Shown here piece by piece: positions 1-12,800 of a stretch of DNA of 64,000 nt. Both the position numbers and the translations under genes were made by a program. Within the stretch, counting starts at the first letter, position 1, and each line of letters opens with the position of its first letter. The stretch is from Pelomyxa schiedti (lineage: Eukaryota; Protista; Evosea). The stretch covers positions 123,364 to 187,363 of the forward strand of contig JAHLWZ010000518.1 of the NCBI GenBank assembly GCA_020536535.1. Direction: 5' to 3'. Below the pieces are notes generated by a model. That model was not told where the DNA came from. It was given only the letters and a program-made list of their open reading frames with translations, and did no database searches.

Positions 1-842
1 GCCATTGTGGTGGGTCATACGGCCAGACTCAATTGCCACTGCTATTAAGTTGGGAAGTTGCTCAGGTCTAGGGTACCGTAGGCCAATTGGTGCAGCCCTC
101 ATAGCAGCACCACAACCTCTTTACAGTTTGTACAGTGATAAATCAATTGGCTTCATACCACCAGACCCTGTACTGAATGGAATTCTGTCCCACTCGGTGC
201 CATCATGCCTTATCCTGGAAACTAGGGATGTGAAAAAACAAAAAAGGTAAGAGTCACAGTAATACCTCCATGTGAACATGTACCACCTTGTAATATTTAT
301 TAAGTGGGGCAAGAAAAGCAAAAAAAAAAAAAAAAGAAGGGAGCTCTCACCAGGGGCTCTTCCACCCATATCAGACCAACATCGTTTGTAAGCCTTAGCA
401 ATACGTTGCAAAGTATGTGGGGCAGGTACAGAATCACCATCTGTCCCCTCAACAAGTCCTTCTGCAGTTGCAAGTGCCATGACAGTGTCATCTAGAAAGG
501 GGGAAAAAAAAAAGTGAGCATATTCATGAATAACGAAGAAAGGAAACGAGAAACACCTGAAACTGGAAACGTGGTTACATCCAAAGCAAAGCTGCAGGGA
601 CCCTTTCCACCTGTCCATTTCAACACCTCTTTGTGTATTCTCTGTCCCAGAATACATTAAGAAAAGAACCCACTTGGTGGTTCTGGAAGAAACTGAATGC
701 ACACTTTGCCACTAAAGTTGAACTCCCAACGGTATCCCATCCCATCACCAACTCCACTAAGAACCTGGAGATGAAAATAATAACTCAATACCCAATAGCA
801 AAAATAAAGGGGTCGCACCATCGACGCTATGTATCTGTCCAT
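1..842 (-). CDS. ADPRH: ADP-ribosylarginine hydrolase (ARH1/ADPRH family), multi-exon, 3' end runs off the window
   Basis: Spliced translation gives [84 protein letters not shown]. This is colinear with ARH1 motifs (SDDT, GRAPG, GGCGAAMR, SGRMTHH). The ORF track starts upstream at a TTG; ATG is at 842. Confidence 0.92.
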
Positions 843-1082
843 CTTTTTCCTTTGGTTTGTGACTGAGTTGGCTTGAGAGATTTCTTCTTCTGAGGCGATT
901 TCCAAGCAACAACACCTCTCCTCAAGGAGTTTGGGGAAGGAATCACACCCAGACTTGTTGTTTGGGGTGAATCACCTCATCGAACCGCTAGCTTTTTTTG
1001 GATTCGCAGGAACTTGGTGGGGGCGAAATAACAGAGATCGGTTGAGAGCACTACGGCCGGTTTAATTAACCAAAAAGCAAAG

Positions 1083-4000
1083 ATGGTGTTTGAGGCGGTG
1101 GTGTCGTTTCTGACGTCGGCCTTCCACGACTACAAGTTGGAGGCACATTCGTTTCACTCCCTGGTGCCCTTTTTCACGGTGGTTATGCTGTTTGCCGTTG
1201 GGGGGTACTTCTCGGGATTCTTTTCGTTCCTCTCCTTGCTCGAATTCCGTAAGGAGAATCAAAGAGAGCCGACTACGCAAATTGCTCGTGTTAGGTTCAA
1301 AGACAAAGTGAGTTTCGTCGTTTTTTTTTCTTCACTTTTTCCGTACTAACAACAGCTTTCAGCTGTTTTTCAGTATTGGTGTTGTAAATGTTGCACTGTC
1401 CACATTCATAGTTGGAGTTGCACCTTCAAAGTACTATATATTTTTCACTTTAAAGGTAGGGATGTCCATGCCATTTTGGATATCAGTTTAATGCACTTCA
1501 AGTGTTGTCTTTTGCTTGGTGTACGATACATCAGTTACAGGCGTGATGGACGTCAATACTTATTCTGGGACTTTTGTAAGCCAACATAGAACATTTCAAA
1601 GTTGTCTGCTAACAAAAAGGGGACAATATTCTTGCATACAGGCTACTGGTCAAATTTCCTCTTCCTTCTCTACGTCTGGTTTTGGGACAGTAGAACAGTC
1701 TTCAGAATCTTGTTTGTTGTGGCCAATGGCCCACTTGCGTGGAGTGTCGTAGCATTTTCAAACCGCACTGTTTTCCACAACAGAGAGCAGATGACAAGCT
1801 TGTTCATTCACGTTTCACCAATGCTACTGAGCTACTGTCTTCGGTGGAACCCAAGTGCTTTTGATGTATGTGAGGGAGGAGCTTTGAATGACTGCTGGGC
1901 AAATCCTCTCTGGCTATTCCTTGGTGCACTGCTTAAGTGCTATGTGATTTGGCTTGTTTTATATTACGTTTGGGTATTTATCATCCTGGGACCACGCGCA
2001 AGAGAGAAAAAATATAAGTAACGCATCCACCTCCTTTTTTCCCCTGTTGAATTCTTTCCTCTTAGGACAATGTTTGACTGGTATACAAGTGAGGGCACTG
2101 GACAACTCATTAACCGGTTCCACCCAAATCATCTGGTCAATAAATTGCTTTACTGCATGATGCATTGTGTATGCTCCACGATTGCTCTATTTTTGGGCTC
2201 TCTTTTGTGGAACTCCCATATTGCACATTTCAGTTTTATTGTTATCATTAATCTCATTGGGATCTGGCAAGGTGCTGAACATTACTTCCAAGTAACCGTA
2301 ATTGTGAAATCTTTAAAAACCTAACATTGAACCTCAAGAGTTTTGCTCAGTCCTATGAGAAAGATTTACTGCTAAAACTTGGTCTTACGGCCACCTCCAA
2401 GCAAGGTGCCCTAGATCTCAACCATCTTGAACCTGCTATTGTGACTACTGTCAAGGGCTGGGTGTCTGCCCGAAGGGGTACTGATATCCAGGCAGCTGAT
2501 ATACCTCTTCACGCCAACCTCACAAGAGAACTGGGTTTGAATTCGATCCAAATAAGCGAGATAAAGGGGCTACTGCAGAAAGAGTTCAAAGTTGGTGAAG
2601 TAAATCTAAGCGAACTTGAAACTGTGGCTCACGTTGCTGCAATTGCATCATCACGTGGGGGAACAGCAAAATCGGAAAAAGGAGGCGAGAAAGAGGTTAG
2701 TAAACTATCAAGTAACATACTGAATTCCTGAATAATCTAAAGGTTGCACCGGAGCAATGGAATGAAAAATCCCGACTCCAACCTTCCCTACCAAGTGACC
2801 TCCAGAATATTCCTTTAGCATTCAGCCAATGTGCTTCTAGGTAAAATGTCAGTGTTGTTCCAAAAGAAACCAATCCCATCCCAGGTTTAAAAAACACGTC
2901 GCTATAGCTGATGAGATGTCTGGAGTTCTAACTTTCAAGTACAAAAAACCCCCAATTTCTCCAGTTGACACAGCACAGAAAGCTTCAGTTATCAGCATCA
3001 TTGTTTGCTGACCACATTATTGCGAATCCCGCTCTTTTTCCAGGTCGCCGCATTGGGCTCATGCTTCCTGCCTGCACACCTACAGCTATAGTACTACTGG
3101 CCCTATGGTTTGCCAAAAAAGTACCTGTGATGGTGAACTGGACATCCGGCTCCCGTAACATAAAATCAATGGTGGACTCCTCGGACTTGAAAGTTGTTAT
3201 AACATCTAGGTCATTCTTGCAAAGGTTGGGTCCAGTGGAGCTTGGGCCCCTACATGAAAAAGGTTTTCTCTTGACTCTCTCGTACCTTATTTATCAAGTC
3301 ACAAGGAGTTCTTGTTTTCCTTGAGGATATGAAAGATGGCCTATTTTATGCGAATATTCTTAAAAATATTCTCTTTTTGCATTCTGCTGCTGAAAAGTAT
3401 GATCTAAAGTCCATTAAACCACAAGATGGTAAAAAATCCTCCACGTTTTTATATTTGTTAACAGGAAGCAACAGAGGCTGTCATTCTTTTCACATCTGGA
3501 TCAGAATCAGCCCCAAAGGTACTTTCGCTTTTGTTGAAGTCATTCTTATCCAAGGCAGGGTGTGCCTCTGACTCATATGAATATCTTGAGCCTCCTGCGT
3601 GGAGTTGTTACTATGCTTCCGGTTAATAGTAGTGACATCATTCTTGCCAGTCTACCTCCCTTCCATAGCTTTGGCTTTACTTGCTGCATCGTGTATCCGC
3701 TTGTATCTGGAATTAAAACAGGTCCAAATAGCACATCAATTTTGTGATCAAGATGTAACTCCATCTAGTGTACTATCCTGCACCCACGGATTACATTGGA
3801 ATTTCTAAGTAAACCCCATGTCAACGTTTTCTCTCTGACACATTTAGACAAATTACCAAGTGGCGGCCCACAATTTACATGGGGACACCAACATTCCTTT
3901 CCGGAGTTCTGGCCAATACCCCATCTGAGGATACTGCAAGCCTCAAATATTGTATCACAGGCGCAGAGAAGACACCACAATCTCTGTTTGACGAAGTTGT

Positions 4001-4923
4001 ACTCTTTCAACCCCTTCGTTGAAACTAACGATTTCAACAGGTTGCAAGACGTCGTATAGTACCAGGCATTATTGAAGGTTACGGTATAACCGAGTGCAGC
4101 CCCATTTTGACTCTGTACCTTCTCCCATTCCCCACATGCGAAATAATATCTTCAAGGAACCCACCTGGAAAAGAGCCAGCCGGTGTAGGTTACCCCGTTC
4201 CCGGTGTGGAGATGATTTCCGTTGCCGTTGAGCCTTTCATGCAGAACCGGACGATAGTTCCTCAAAAACCTGTATGCAGTCCAAGAACCAAAACGCTCCA
4301 ACTCACAAAGAAAAGGGTCAGGAAGGCTTGCTGTTGTGCTCTGGAACCAGTATCTTTTCAGGATATCTGGGCAACACAGGCATTGATGCGTTTGTGATGT
4401 ACAACAGCAAGAGATATTATATTACTGGTGATCTTGGTTCAATACGGGCCGACGGTGCTGTCTTTTTAAGTGGAAGACTGAAAAGAGTCAAAGTTGCTGG
4501 GGAAATGATCAGCCTTGGAGCTGGTAAGAACCATACTATTTATTTATGGCGGAAAGCTAACGCAGTTGCTCGCATCAAATTGCGACCAATAATACAGTTG
4601 AAGAGGCCCTTCGTCAAGTATGGCCCAATACCAAGGAGGGAATTTCAGTTGCTGTTGAGGCCATTGAAAAAGCCGGCGAACAGCCGCAAATATGTGTTTT
4701 CAGGTAGCTAGCTCCAACCATAATTACGTATCATCACATCAACCTCTCTCGCAGTACCTGCGGAGTTACCAGGGACCAAGCAGCAGCCGTGTTGAGGGCA
4801 GCCGGATTGCCAAATATAGCACACCCCACAGTGACACTAGTTGTACCAGAAATTCCCTTGCTTGGCAGTGGAAAGGCAAATTACCCACAATTGAAGGCCC
4901 TTTTGGCAAAGCACTTGGGCTGA
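1083..4923 (+). CDS. Fusion protein: Gpc1-type glycerophosphocholine acyltransferase (DUF2838) + acyl-carrier domain + Aas-type AMP-binding acyl-ACP synthetase
   Basis: Gpc1 part: RVRFKDK..ANGPLAWSVVAFSNRTVFHNREQMTSLFIHVSP..GAEHYFQ. This joins in frame across a GT-AG intron (~2292-2338) to SFAQSYEK and an ACP-like domain (RELGLNSIQISEI). Then VAIADEMSGVLTF, IGLMLP..VPVMVNWTSG, FTSGSESAPKG..VPLTHMNI, LPPFHSFGF, EGYGITECSP, YITGDLG, GRLKR, and IPLLGSGKANY, ending at TGA 4921-4923. Confidence 0.85.
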
Positions 4924-5025
4924 ACCAACTAGGAAAATAATGGCCAAGATGCAAAAAAAAAAAATCTGTGTTTTCTATCACCAATGATTCCAAAAATCAC
5001 AAAGCTGAAGCTGTGGGATTATCTA

Positions 5026-8000
5026 TCACTCATTCACTTTCGTGACCAGTGTTTTTCTGGATGCTAGCTGTAAGGCTTTACGGAAGGTCTGCATGGCAAA
5101 AACAGAGGCTCCAACATAGGTAATGGCTGAAAGGAGTAGCAACCAGCAGCCCCATTGCAGCTTCACCACAACGTCAAAGCACGTGTCATCTCCATTAAGG
5201 GCTGTGTCAAAGTACTTGACCAAAATCTGGTTGATTGTGTCACAGTGTCCACCCACAATGAAGGCAACAAACTGTCCTACTTCAAGCAGAGATGCGAATA
5301 GTGCCAGTACAAAAACCTAAGGCGGGGTGAGAAATTGGGTCGAGAAAGAGTAACTGACTTCAATTCCGCCCCAGGCATTTAGGACTTCACAGAAGATGTA
5401 GAAGGCAGTATGCATTTTTGCTCTCATGGGCACAACCCACATAACGGCTAATGTGAGCATGTGCAGTATTGGAAGCATCACCGATGACGTTAGAAATACG
5501 CACTGTAGGAGTCTCACACTGAAGTCATTTGGGTTCAGACTGCTATCTGGAAGAGATAGAGCAAGACTCATAATTGAGTAGTTCTGTGAAGTAGGAATTC
5601 CGATCTCATCCAATAGCCAGCCAGCGGCTCCAGCGAACTCGAAACTGAAGGAATGTACTGAAATGCCAAGTAGAAGGAATGCTACTGACGTCAAAAGCAG
5701 CAGTTCCATACCAATGATGAGCAAAACTTTGGTAGCAATCCCCGCTTTTGGGGAAGCTGCAGAGAAAAGGGCACAAATATAATTTGGCGCCTCTTCCGTT
5801 CTTGTGAGAGCTTGATCTTCACAATAGCGGTGTAGTGCGAGTATGAGATGTGACAGACACAGTGACAGAACGGTTGCAATGAGGAAGGAAGGAAATCCAT
5901 AAAAAGGTTCCACGTATGTTTCAATCATAAAAGGAGTGTCAAAGGAATAGAGAGCTGGGTCATGCACAGGAAAAATTATTGTCATCTGAAAGGCGACCAT
6001 CATCAGTAACATGAAATACGAATCTAGGAATGACCACTTCCCCAATGCGTCTTTTTGCCAATGAGTTTGCAAAAGTTGTTGGTAATAAAATATACCTAAC
6101 ACCATCAGGCACTTCTCTCGATTCCTTACTGATAAGATTTTGCACGGAGTAATCCATAAAAGCAAGGCAGAAACGAGTTTCACAAACGGCCAAGTACCTG
6201 AAAATAATGCCAGAAGAAGAGCCAGTGGCCAGACTCCTGCTACCCACATATCCTACGTTCTTGGTTTTATCAAAGCAGGCGAAAAAGGGTGATACATGAA
6301 CACTCTCTCCAAGAGTGAAGACTATAAGGGGATCAAACGAAATAAATCTTCCTCCTCCAGTTGTGAAGGCAATAAACACACTAGCAACACCAGAAGTATT
6401 TGAAGATATGAAAAGTACAATGTTGAACAGAAGGAGAGCTGGTACCCCGATTCGCAAAGTAATATGGAGGCGCGGGTTGAGGAGCAAGGAGGGGCCAGGT
6501 GAAGGTTTCTCTTCTGCCAATAGGGGTGCTTTCTCTTCTGCCGATTGCGTATGGGAAGAAGATTTTTTTGCCCTAGCTCTAACAAACCCATATGCTATGA
6601 GATACACAAGAAGACCCAAAGATAATAAACCCGCCACGGTAAGTGAAATTCCAGTAGCTAGCATATTAGGAGCGTCTTGAGGATTTTTCTCGTCGGGAAG
6701 GTATTGACATGTTGCCTCGTTCAGATTTGTTGTAATGACATCATTAAGAGCGAAGATGATAGGATTGGAGGCAAGTCCATTAATGAGTGCAGGTATGCAG
6801 TGTGAAAATGATGAAGTAACCATTGAGGTGATGTCATTTATAAGTTCAGAAAAATCAGAGGATTGATTCACTGAAAGAGAGAGAAAGGTAGATTCGATAG
6901 AAGTACCCAGAGAAGTATACAAAGAACAGTTGGAACCCATCAGCCGAAGGAGACAATTCCAGTCTTTGCATTGGGAGTTTGTGTAATTTTGGCCATATTG
7001 CGGGAATACGGCAGCTTGAAACGAGGCGGTCAACTCTGGTTTCAGCATAGTGAGGCTGCCAACCCATTCGGAATAAAGACAAATATCTGGCGAGTTCAGG
7101 TTTGTGATGTTTAGATATGCACTAATGTTGAGTCCCAATTCATTCATTTTCGCATTTGACAACAATGAAACTTGGTCAATAGGCTCCAAAATGTCAAAAT
7201 CAGTCCAAGAATTGAGACCAAAAATGTCTATTTGGGGTATGCCCACAGTCACTTCAAGCAGCTGAAAAATGGTAAAGTGCAGGCTGAGTCGGGAAGACCG
7301 GAGCGATACCTTACCTTGAAGGAGTTATTAATTTATACACTTCAGGAAAGAGCATTACCTGTTCCATTTGACACTGCATTAAAAATTGTGTTAGTGCCCA
7401 AAGTTCCATTAATTCCAATCAGGTCGTCAAAGACGTAGCACAGAGAATTCAACAGAGCACTCTCCCGCAAGTCCATTGCTCCTGGAGGAATCAAGGGCAA
7501 CGCCAAAGGTGGTTGGAGACTTAAATAAGGTCTAATATAACTACAGATATCATCTAGTGCCCCAGATATGCCTCTAATTAAAAGAGACAAAACATCACAT
7601 ATTGCGATCTCCAGAACTACTTCAGTATTGTGGTACGTTTCATTGCTCTCAAGAATTATGTCTTCTACTCTCTGTGCCAAATCACTGGTCCCATTTACAG
7701 AGAGTAATGCAATGGTGAGATTAGTCCCACATGTTCCGTTTTCCAACTGAGAAAAACATTGGCCAAATGGATCAACAGCAAGTCCCATGACAAAGTGAAT
7801 CATAGTGTCGACTACATCGATTGTCATTGTTCCTGTTCCACTGTCAGTGATTTTTCCGTGCTGATTTCTCTCCACAATTGATGTGTCGCCCACACATTTC
7901 AGCTTTGTGAAGTTCAAATGAATAGTGATTGTTTCTTGGTTCGCACTCAACAAAGAGTTGGCCCCACCAACGGTGAGGTCGAAGCAAGACAAATTAGCAC

Positions 8001-8245
8001 TCAAGGTCACCTTGTAGATGGAGGAAAAAAAAAACAACTCGGCTGTAAGATTACGAAACGCAACAGGAAGGTAATGTTACCTGTTGAAGAGGAGTAGAGA
8101 AATTTACAGTGACTGTTGGTAGATTCACGACCATTCCGGCTAGCCACTCGCCACCAGTCTGGCAACTGTGAGATCTAACCCCTTTAATAAACACAACTGA
8201 CAGTGTGTGCAGCACGACAACAACCATCATAATCCCACATGGCAT
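5026..8245 (-). CDS. Large membrane protein with signal peptide, long beta-rich ectodomain and two PqiA (paraquat-inducible protein A)-like domains
   Basis: The N-terminus is hydrophobic (MPCGIMMVVVVLHTLSVVF). PqiA-type motifs are LFSGTWPFVKL and DALGKWSFLDSYFMLLMMVAF. A second repeat has SVMLPILH..EVLNAWGGIEV. The gene has several introns. Confidence 0.75.
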
Positions 8246-8468
8246 CTTGGTTGACGTAGTGGGTTAGAAGAAGGACCTTCGTTTAATATATAATTATGAT
8301 CGCGTGGAACTAAGTTTCGCGTTCCTTTTTGTGAGGAGATCGCGCGGGCAATTACCATCTAAAACGCCGAAAAATTGGAGAAGAAAACCATCTCGCCAAG
8401 TGACGTGACTGTGGGACCCCGGTGGCACCCAAAATTTAGAAAAGATTAGAACGGCATATGTAAATTTC

Positions 8469-9773
8469 TTACATGACAAAAGGGGGTAATCCCCTCCCGC
8501 AAACTAGTTGCAGAATTCTTTGAAGAATATCCTGAGGTAATACCTGCAGTATCCCTCCTTTTCTCCAGCCACAAATCTTATTTGAAACAAGGTGAGTGGC
8601 AATTCTAGGTAGAATTTGACACATACCAACAAATATATAACACAGTTCCTCTTGTACATGTGCCTCAGGGTGGGAAGGCAGTTTGCATGTGGTTCATCAG
8701 GTAAGAAGCATGTCGGAAGAGGATTGCCATCAGCTTCCATACAGTTAGAGGGAAAAAGAAAACCTCAAGTACCTCGCAGTCTTACTAAGGTGGAAATCGA
8801 GCCCAGTACCATGGTGGGAAAAAGAGAGATATTGTTTCTTTCTACTGGCTTTATGGTTAGGAAATACAAGGAATTTGACATACAGCTCAATATCTTTAGC
8901 GACTTGAAATTGCGGGCTTCCTGAGGAATAACCTGAATTTTATTGTCGTCCACTATGATGTGTGTTTGTTGCCACCAGTCGTTTGCATTTTACATACATA
9001 TGAGAGTTTGGAGTGAAGGAAGTCCATAAACCATTGGTGGTATTTCCGTGAGAGCATTAGACCACACTGTTGGGTGACTGAGCAAAAATCGTTACATTGT
9101 CAATACTCTACAATGGAGATGCTGCAAAGCCAATAGGTAGCTTATTTCATTAGGCAGTGTGGCAATTCTATTTCCGCCTACTATTGCCCGGGTAAAAGAT
9201 AATGGAAACCAAGTTGAATTTACAGCTCAGATTCCTAAGGGCAGTAAGAGAGCCAAGAGCAGGTGGGACGGCGGAAATCATATTCATATGAACTGCAGAA
9301 AGAGGATAATTAAAGGAAATGTATTGTTGTGATTATTATATACGTTTGAGTGTCATGAGGTTCTTGAGGCAGCTGATATAATTTGGTATACACGTCAATA
9401 AATTGGACGACACTATATACTTGTTAGGGTTTCACATACAAGTGGAGTGCATGCCATCCAGAGTTTCCAGCCTGGAAAGGCGGCGCAGCACTGGAGGGAG
9501 AGAAGAAATCTTATTTTCAAACACTGGTTGTAGTCAACAAAAATGAAGCAAGATTAACAAAGAACATTGCAGTGCTGTCAAGTTATCAAGTCCGGCTATA
9601 CTTGGGGGAATTTCCGTAAGATTGTTGGAAACTGTTTGGGTGTCAGTGGGATGAAAATGTCCCAAACGTCCAACTGCTTGACCAGCAGCAAACACACATA
9701 GCAAACAGCATCCTTTTTGAGCAACGAGCTTGGCAATTACTTGTTGGAATTCCTCACTGCTGCTTCGGCTCAT
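8469..9773 (-). CDS. Leucine-rich-repeat protein with short exons and C-terminal LP.DI..RI helix motif
   Basis: Successive exons encode NNLTEIPPSIAGLDNLTAL, ENKISSLPPVLRRLSRLETLD, MNMISAVPPALGSLTALRNL, DNKIQVIPQEARNFKSLKIL and RNNISLFPTMVLGSISTL. It ends ..LPQDILQRILQLVCGRGLPPFVM-TAA. Confidence 0.75.
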
Positions 9774-9876
9774 TTGCCCAACATAAAGTAGTGGAAAGGA
9801 GAAAAAAAAACGGCTATTGTTTTGTTGTTGCTTGTTGGGTGTTTGTTGTGTTCTTGCTGGTGGGCGATAATTATTG

Positions 9877-12800
9877 TTAGGTGCCTTTTCGTGGTCGTTT
9901 GGTGGTTGGTGGTTTTTTCACGAGGTCGCTTGTTGTTTTTTTAGGTGCACGTTTCCTGGTAGTCGTTGAGGCTGGTGATTTCTTGGCTGTGGCCCGGGAT
10001 TTCGTCTTTGTTGCTGCTGCGTTGGGTGTGAAGTTCAGGTTGCGCCCTGTTGGTGGCGTCTTCATTTTTTTGGATTCTGATGCAGAGTCCGAGTCTTCTT
10101 CTCCTCCTTCCTCCTCCAGGCCTGTCTCTGTTGGTATGGATATCTCCTCGTTTTCTACTTCGCGTTCAGCGACTGCATTTGGTGCCGCTAACAGGCCGTC
10201 CCCAGCGGCAGTGCCTTTGCCTTTCTTCTTTTTGGTGACATTTTGTGCTCTCTCTTTCAGCATTGCATTGAATCTTTCACATTATGTGAGATAAAGTTGG
10301 AGGGAGTGAGGAAGAGACAGACCTCCTTGTAAAAGCGGTGCGTACACTGACGTCGATGTCCTTTGGTTTTATCTGCTTTGGAAACTTGACCTCGTTGGAA
10401 AGAATAGGCGGCAACTGAGCGAGCTCTACCACAGTCTCCCAGTCTTCACGGGTGAGGTGATAGGCGTCCAGCGTCTCAATGGTAGGCTCGATTCCATCCT
10501 TTTTGTCATTGCGATTATATTGGGAACAACACTCTTATTACGGTTATAGTTATGTGAAAGGAGGACCTACTACACCCATTTTCAGCATTGGTGACAATAA
10601 AGGTTGAACGAGGGAAGGGATATAATCCTGTGCCATTCCACTCCTAGAAGTACTCACTCCGGCAGACCTGAACTCGGATGAGAGCTCCCCTATCAGTCGT
10701 TTATTTTTTGTATGTGTCGAGTTCTTTCCAAGCCACCTTTAAATATGAATTAGCGAATAGCAGGCCTCTCAAGAGAATTACATTGGAAAGTTAGCCCGTG
10801 TAGTAAGCCGGCCTCTAACATAATAACTGGGAAGTACTGTGGACATGAAGGCAACTTCATTCATAAGATCAAATCTTAAAGATGCATTGAGTAAGGAAAA
10901 TGTGACAATTATCTGGGCAGCACCGTTGATTGGTCATCATGGTGCGACTGAGAACATCGGAAGTTGCCAGTACATCAGCCGCATTAGAGCGGCATAGCAG
11001 TTGATGCAAGGTGGTATCCCGTGTATTTGGTGGGGGAGAGATGGATGTGTTGGGGTAGTTTTCCTAATCATTACGGTCAGAGAATGCGATGAGAAGTGAA
11101 GGAAACCTGTACGAGGAGAGGCACAAGAAAAGTATCTGAAAAGTAAATCCTTTGCTTTTCTTCTAGACCCTTGTTTCCGGGATTTCCCCATTGAAAGAGT
11201 TGTGGTACACTCTGTAATAGCTTGATGAAAAGGGATAGGGGGCCTGCTTACTTCAAAAGGAGATATCTCTAAATCCTTTAAATCAATCACACTCTTGTGT
11301 GGTGTTAACTTGATTTGGACTTGACAAAATCTTACATTTTGATTACCCTGAACATGCAGTTGCAGTGAATGAATTGCTTGTCTCATATCTCCGCCAGCAG
11401 CACGAGCCACTCTCTCAAGAACTTGTGGTTGCACATTGAGTCCTTCTATACGGCTGATTTGGGTGAGCCTCTCTTTAATATTGAGTTCAGAAGGTCTTCA
11501 AGAGTGTGAGTCTTGTTTTGGGAATATTAGACAACTTTTGGAAACGGAGATCTAAGCAATGATTAGCCAGTGTACGAATTTGTGACTTTTGTCTGTCATT
11601 GCATATACAGATAATTGGAATCTTTTGGAGAGTCAGTAATTAATCTCATTCTTTCTTCGTTCATTACATATTTTTTATGCATGAACTCAATCAATGCTGC
11701 TGCTCCACCACGATCTCCTGACGACATTCCATCAACTTCATCCATGATGACGCCTACTTTCCCTTGTGTTCCTGATTGTCCCTGTCTGTTGTTGGTGAAT
11801 GATTGCACATGAATTGTAATTACGGCTTCTGTTTTCCAAAACTCGTTGAGTGAATGGCTTGCAAAAATTTCTTGAAGTTCCTCCTTTAAAATACGATTTT
11901 AGAAGGAAATGTATTGCAGGGAATTTTTGTGTGGTGAGTATGACGAAATATGAAATTACATGGAGAGATTTTTTTGATCGAGTATCACTGGCATTTAATT
12001 CAACTGGCTTGAATCCACATTGAATCAGAGCCAAGTGCGCAGCTGTGGATTTACCAATTCCAGCTGGTCCTAGGAAAGATGTATTTACAGCAGAGAAGAA
12101 AAAGAAAGGCTATACCACTTATTAGTACTCCTGAACACTCTACAGGTTCCCCTCGGTGCCATTTCTGTAGCCACTGCAACAGTCTCTGAATCACGGTACC
12201 GTTCCCAGATACCTCGTTGAAGGAATGGGGCTTATATTTGTCTACCCAAAGAGCTGACATCATATCAATTGGCTTGTGGTCAAATGAAGGTGTGCTTGAG
12301 AGAGAATATTGCCCTTGAGTAGACTGGATGTTTGAAGGCCTGGTTGTTTCTTGTGGAGGGATTGTGGAAGGTGCAGTGATACTACGCTTAGAGCGTGATT
12401 TGGTTGGGGACTTGGTTGGTGATTTGCCGGCAGGAGCCTTACCGGCAGGGAGAGAGGCAACCATTTGATATAAGTCATCTTCAGTGAGCACCGGCAGATG
12501 AGTCTGTTGTGTTACGGTAATTCTCATAAGAAAGAAATCTGGGAGATACTTCATTTGCCCAGGCTACTTTACTTTCACCAGCATCAACTCCAACAACAAG
12601 ATGGGTGACTTTTTTGGCCTGTGATTTTGCAATACTCCTTTTTTTTGGTGGGGAAGGGGAGGTAGTTTACGCAGAAGACTATTTACCCGCCATGCTTTTC
12701 AATAAGGGCAAACATATCATCCCTGTCAAGTCCCTCAAATACACCAGTGACCAAGAAGCACTTTCCAGACAGGCAATTAGGTGCCCCTTCAGGAATGGGC

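Noticed and set aside
4655-4715. Apparent frameshift at the end of the acyl-ACP synthetase
   Set aside because: Recounting the A-run gives IEKAGEQPQICVFS in frame; the ORF track simply shows another frame.
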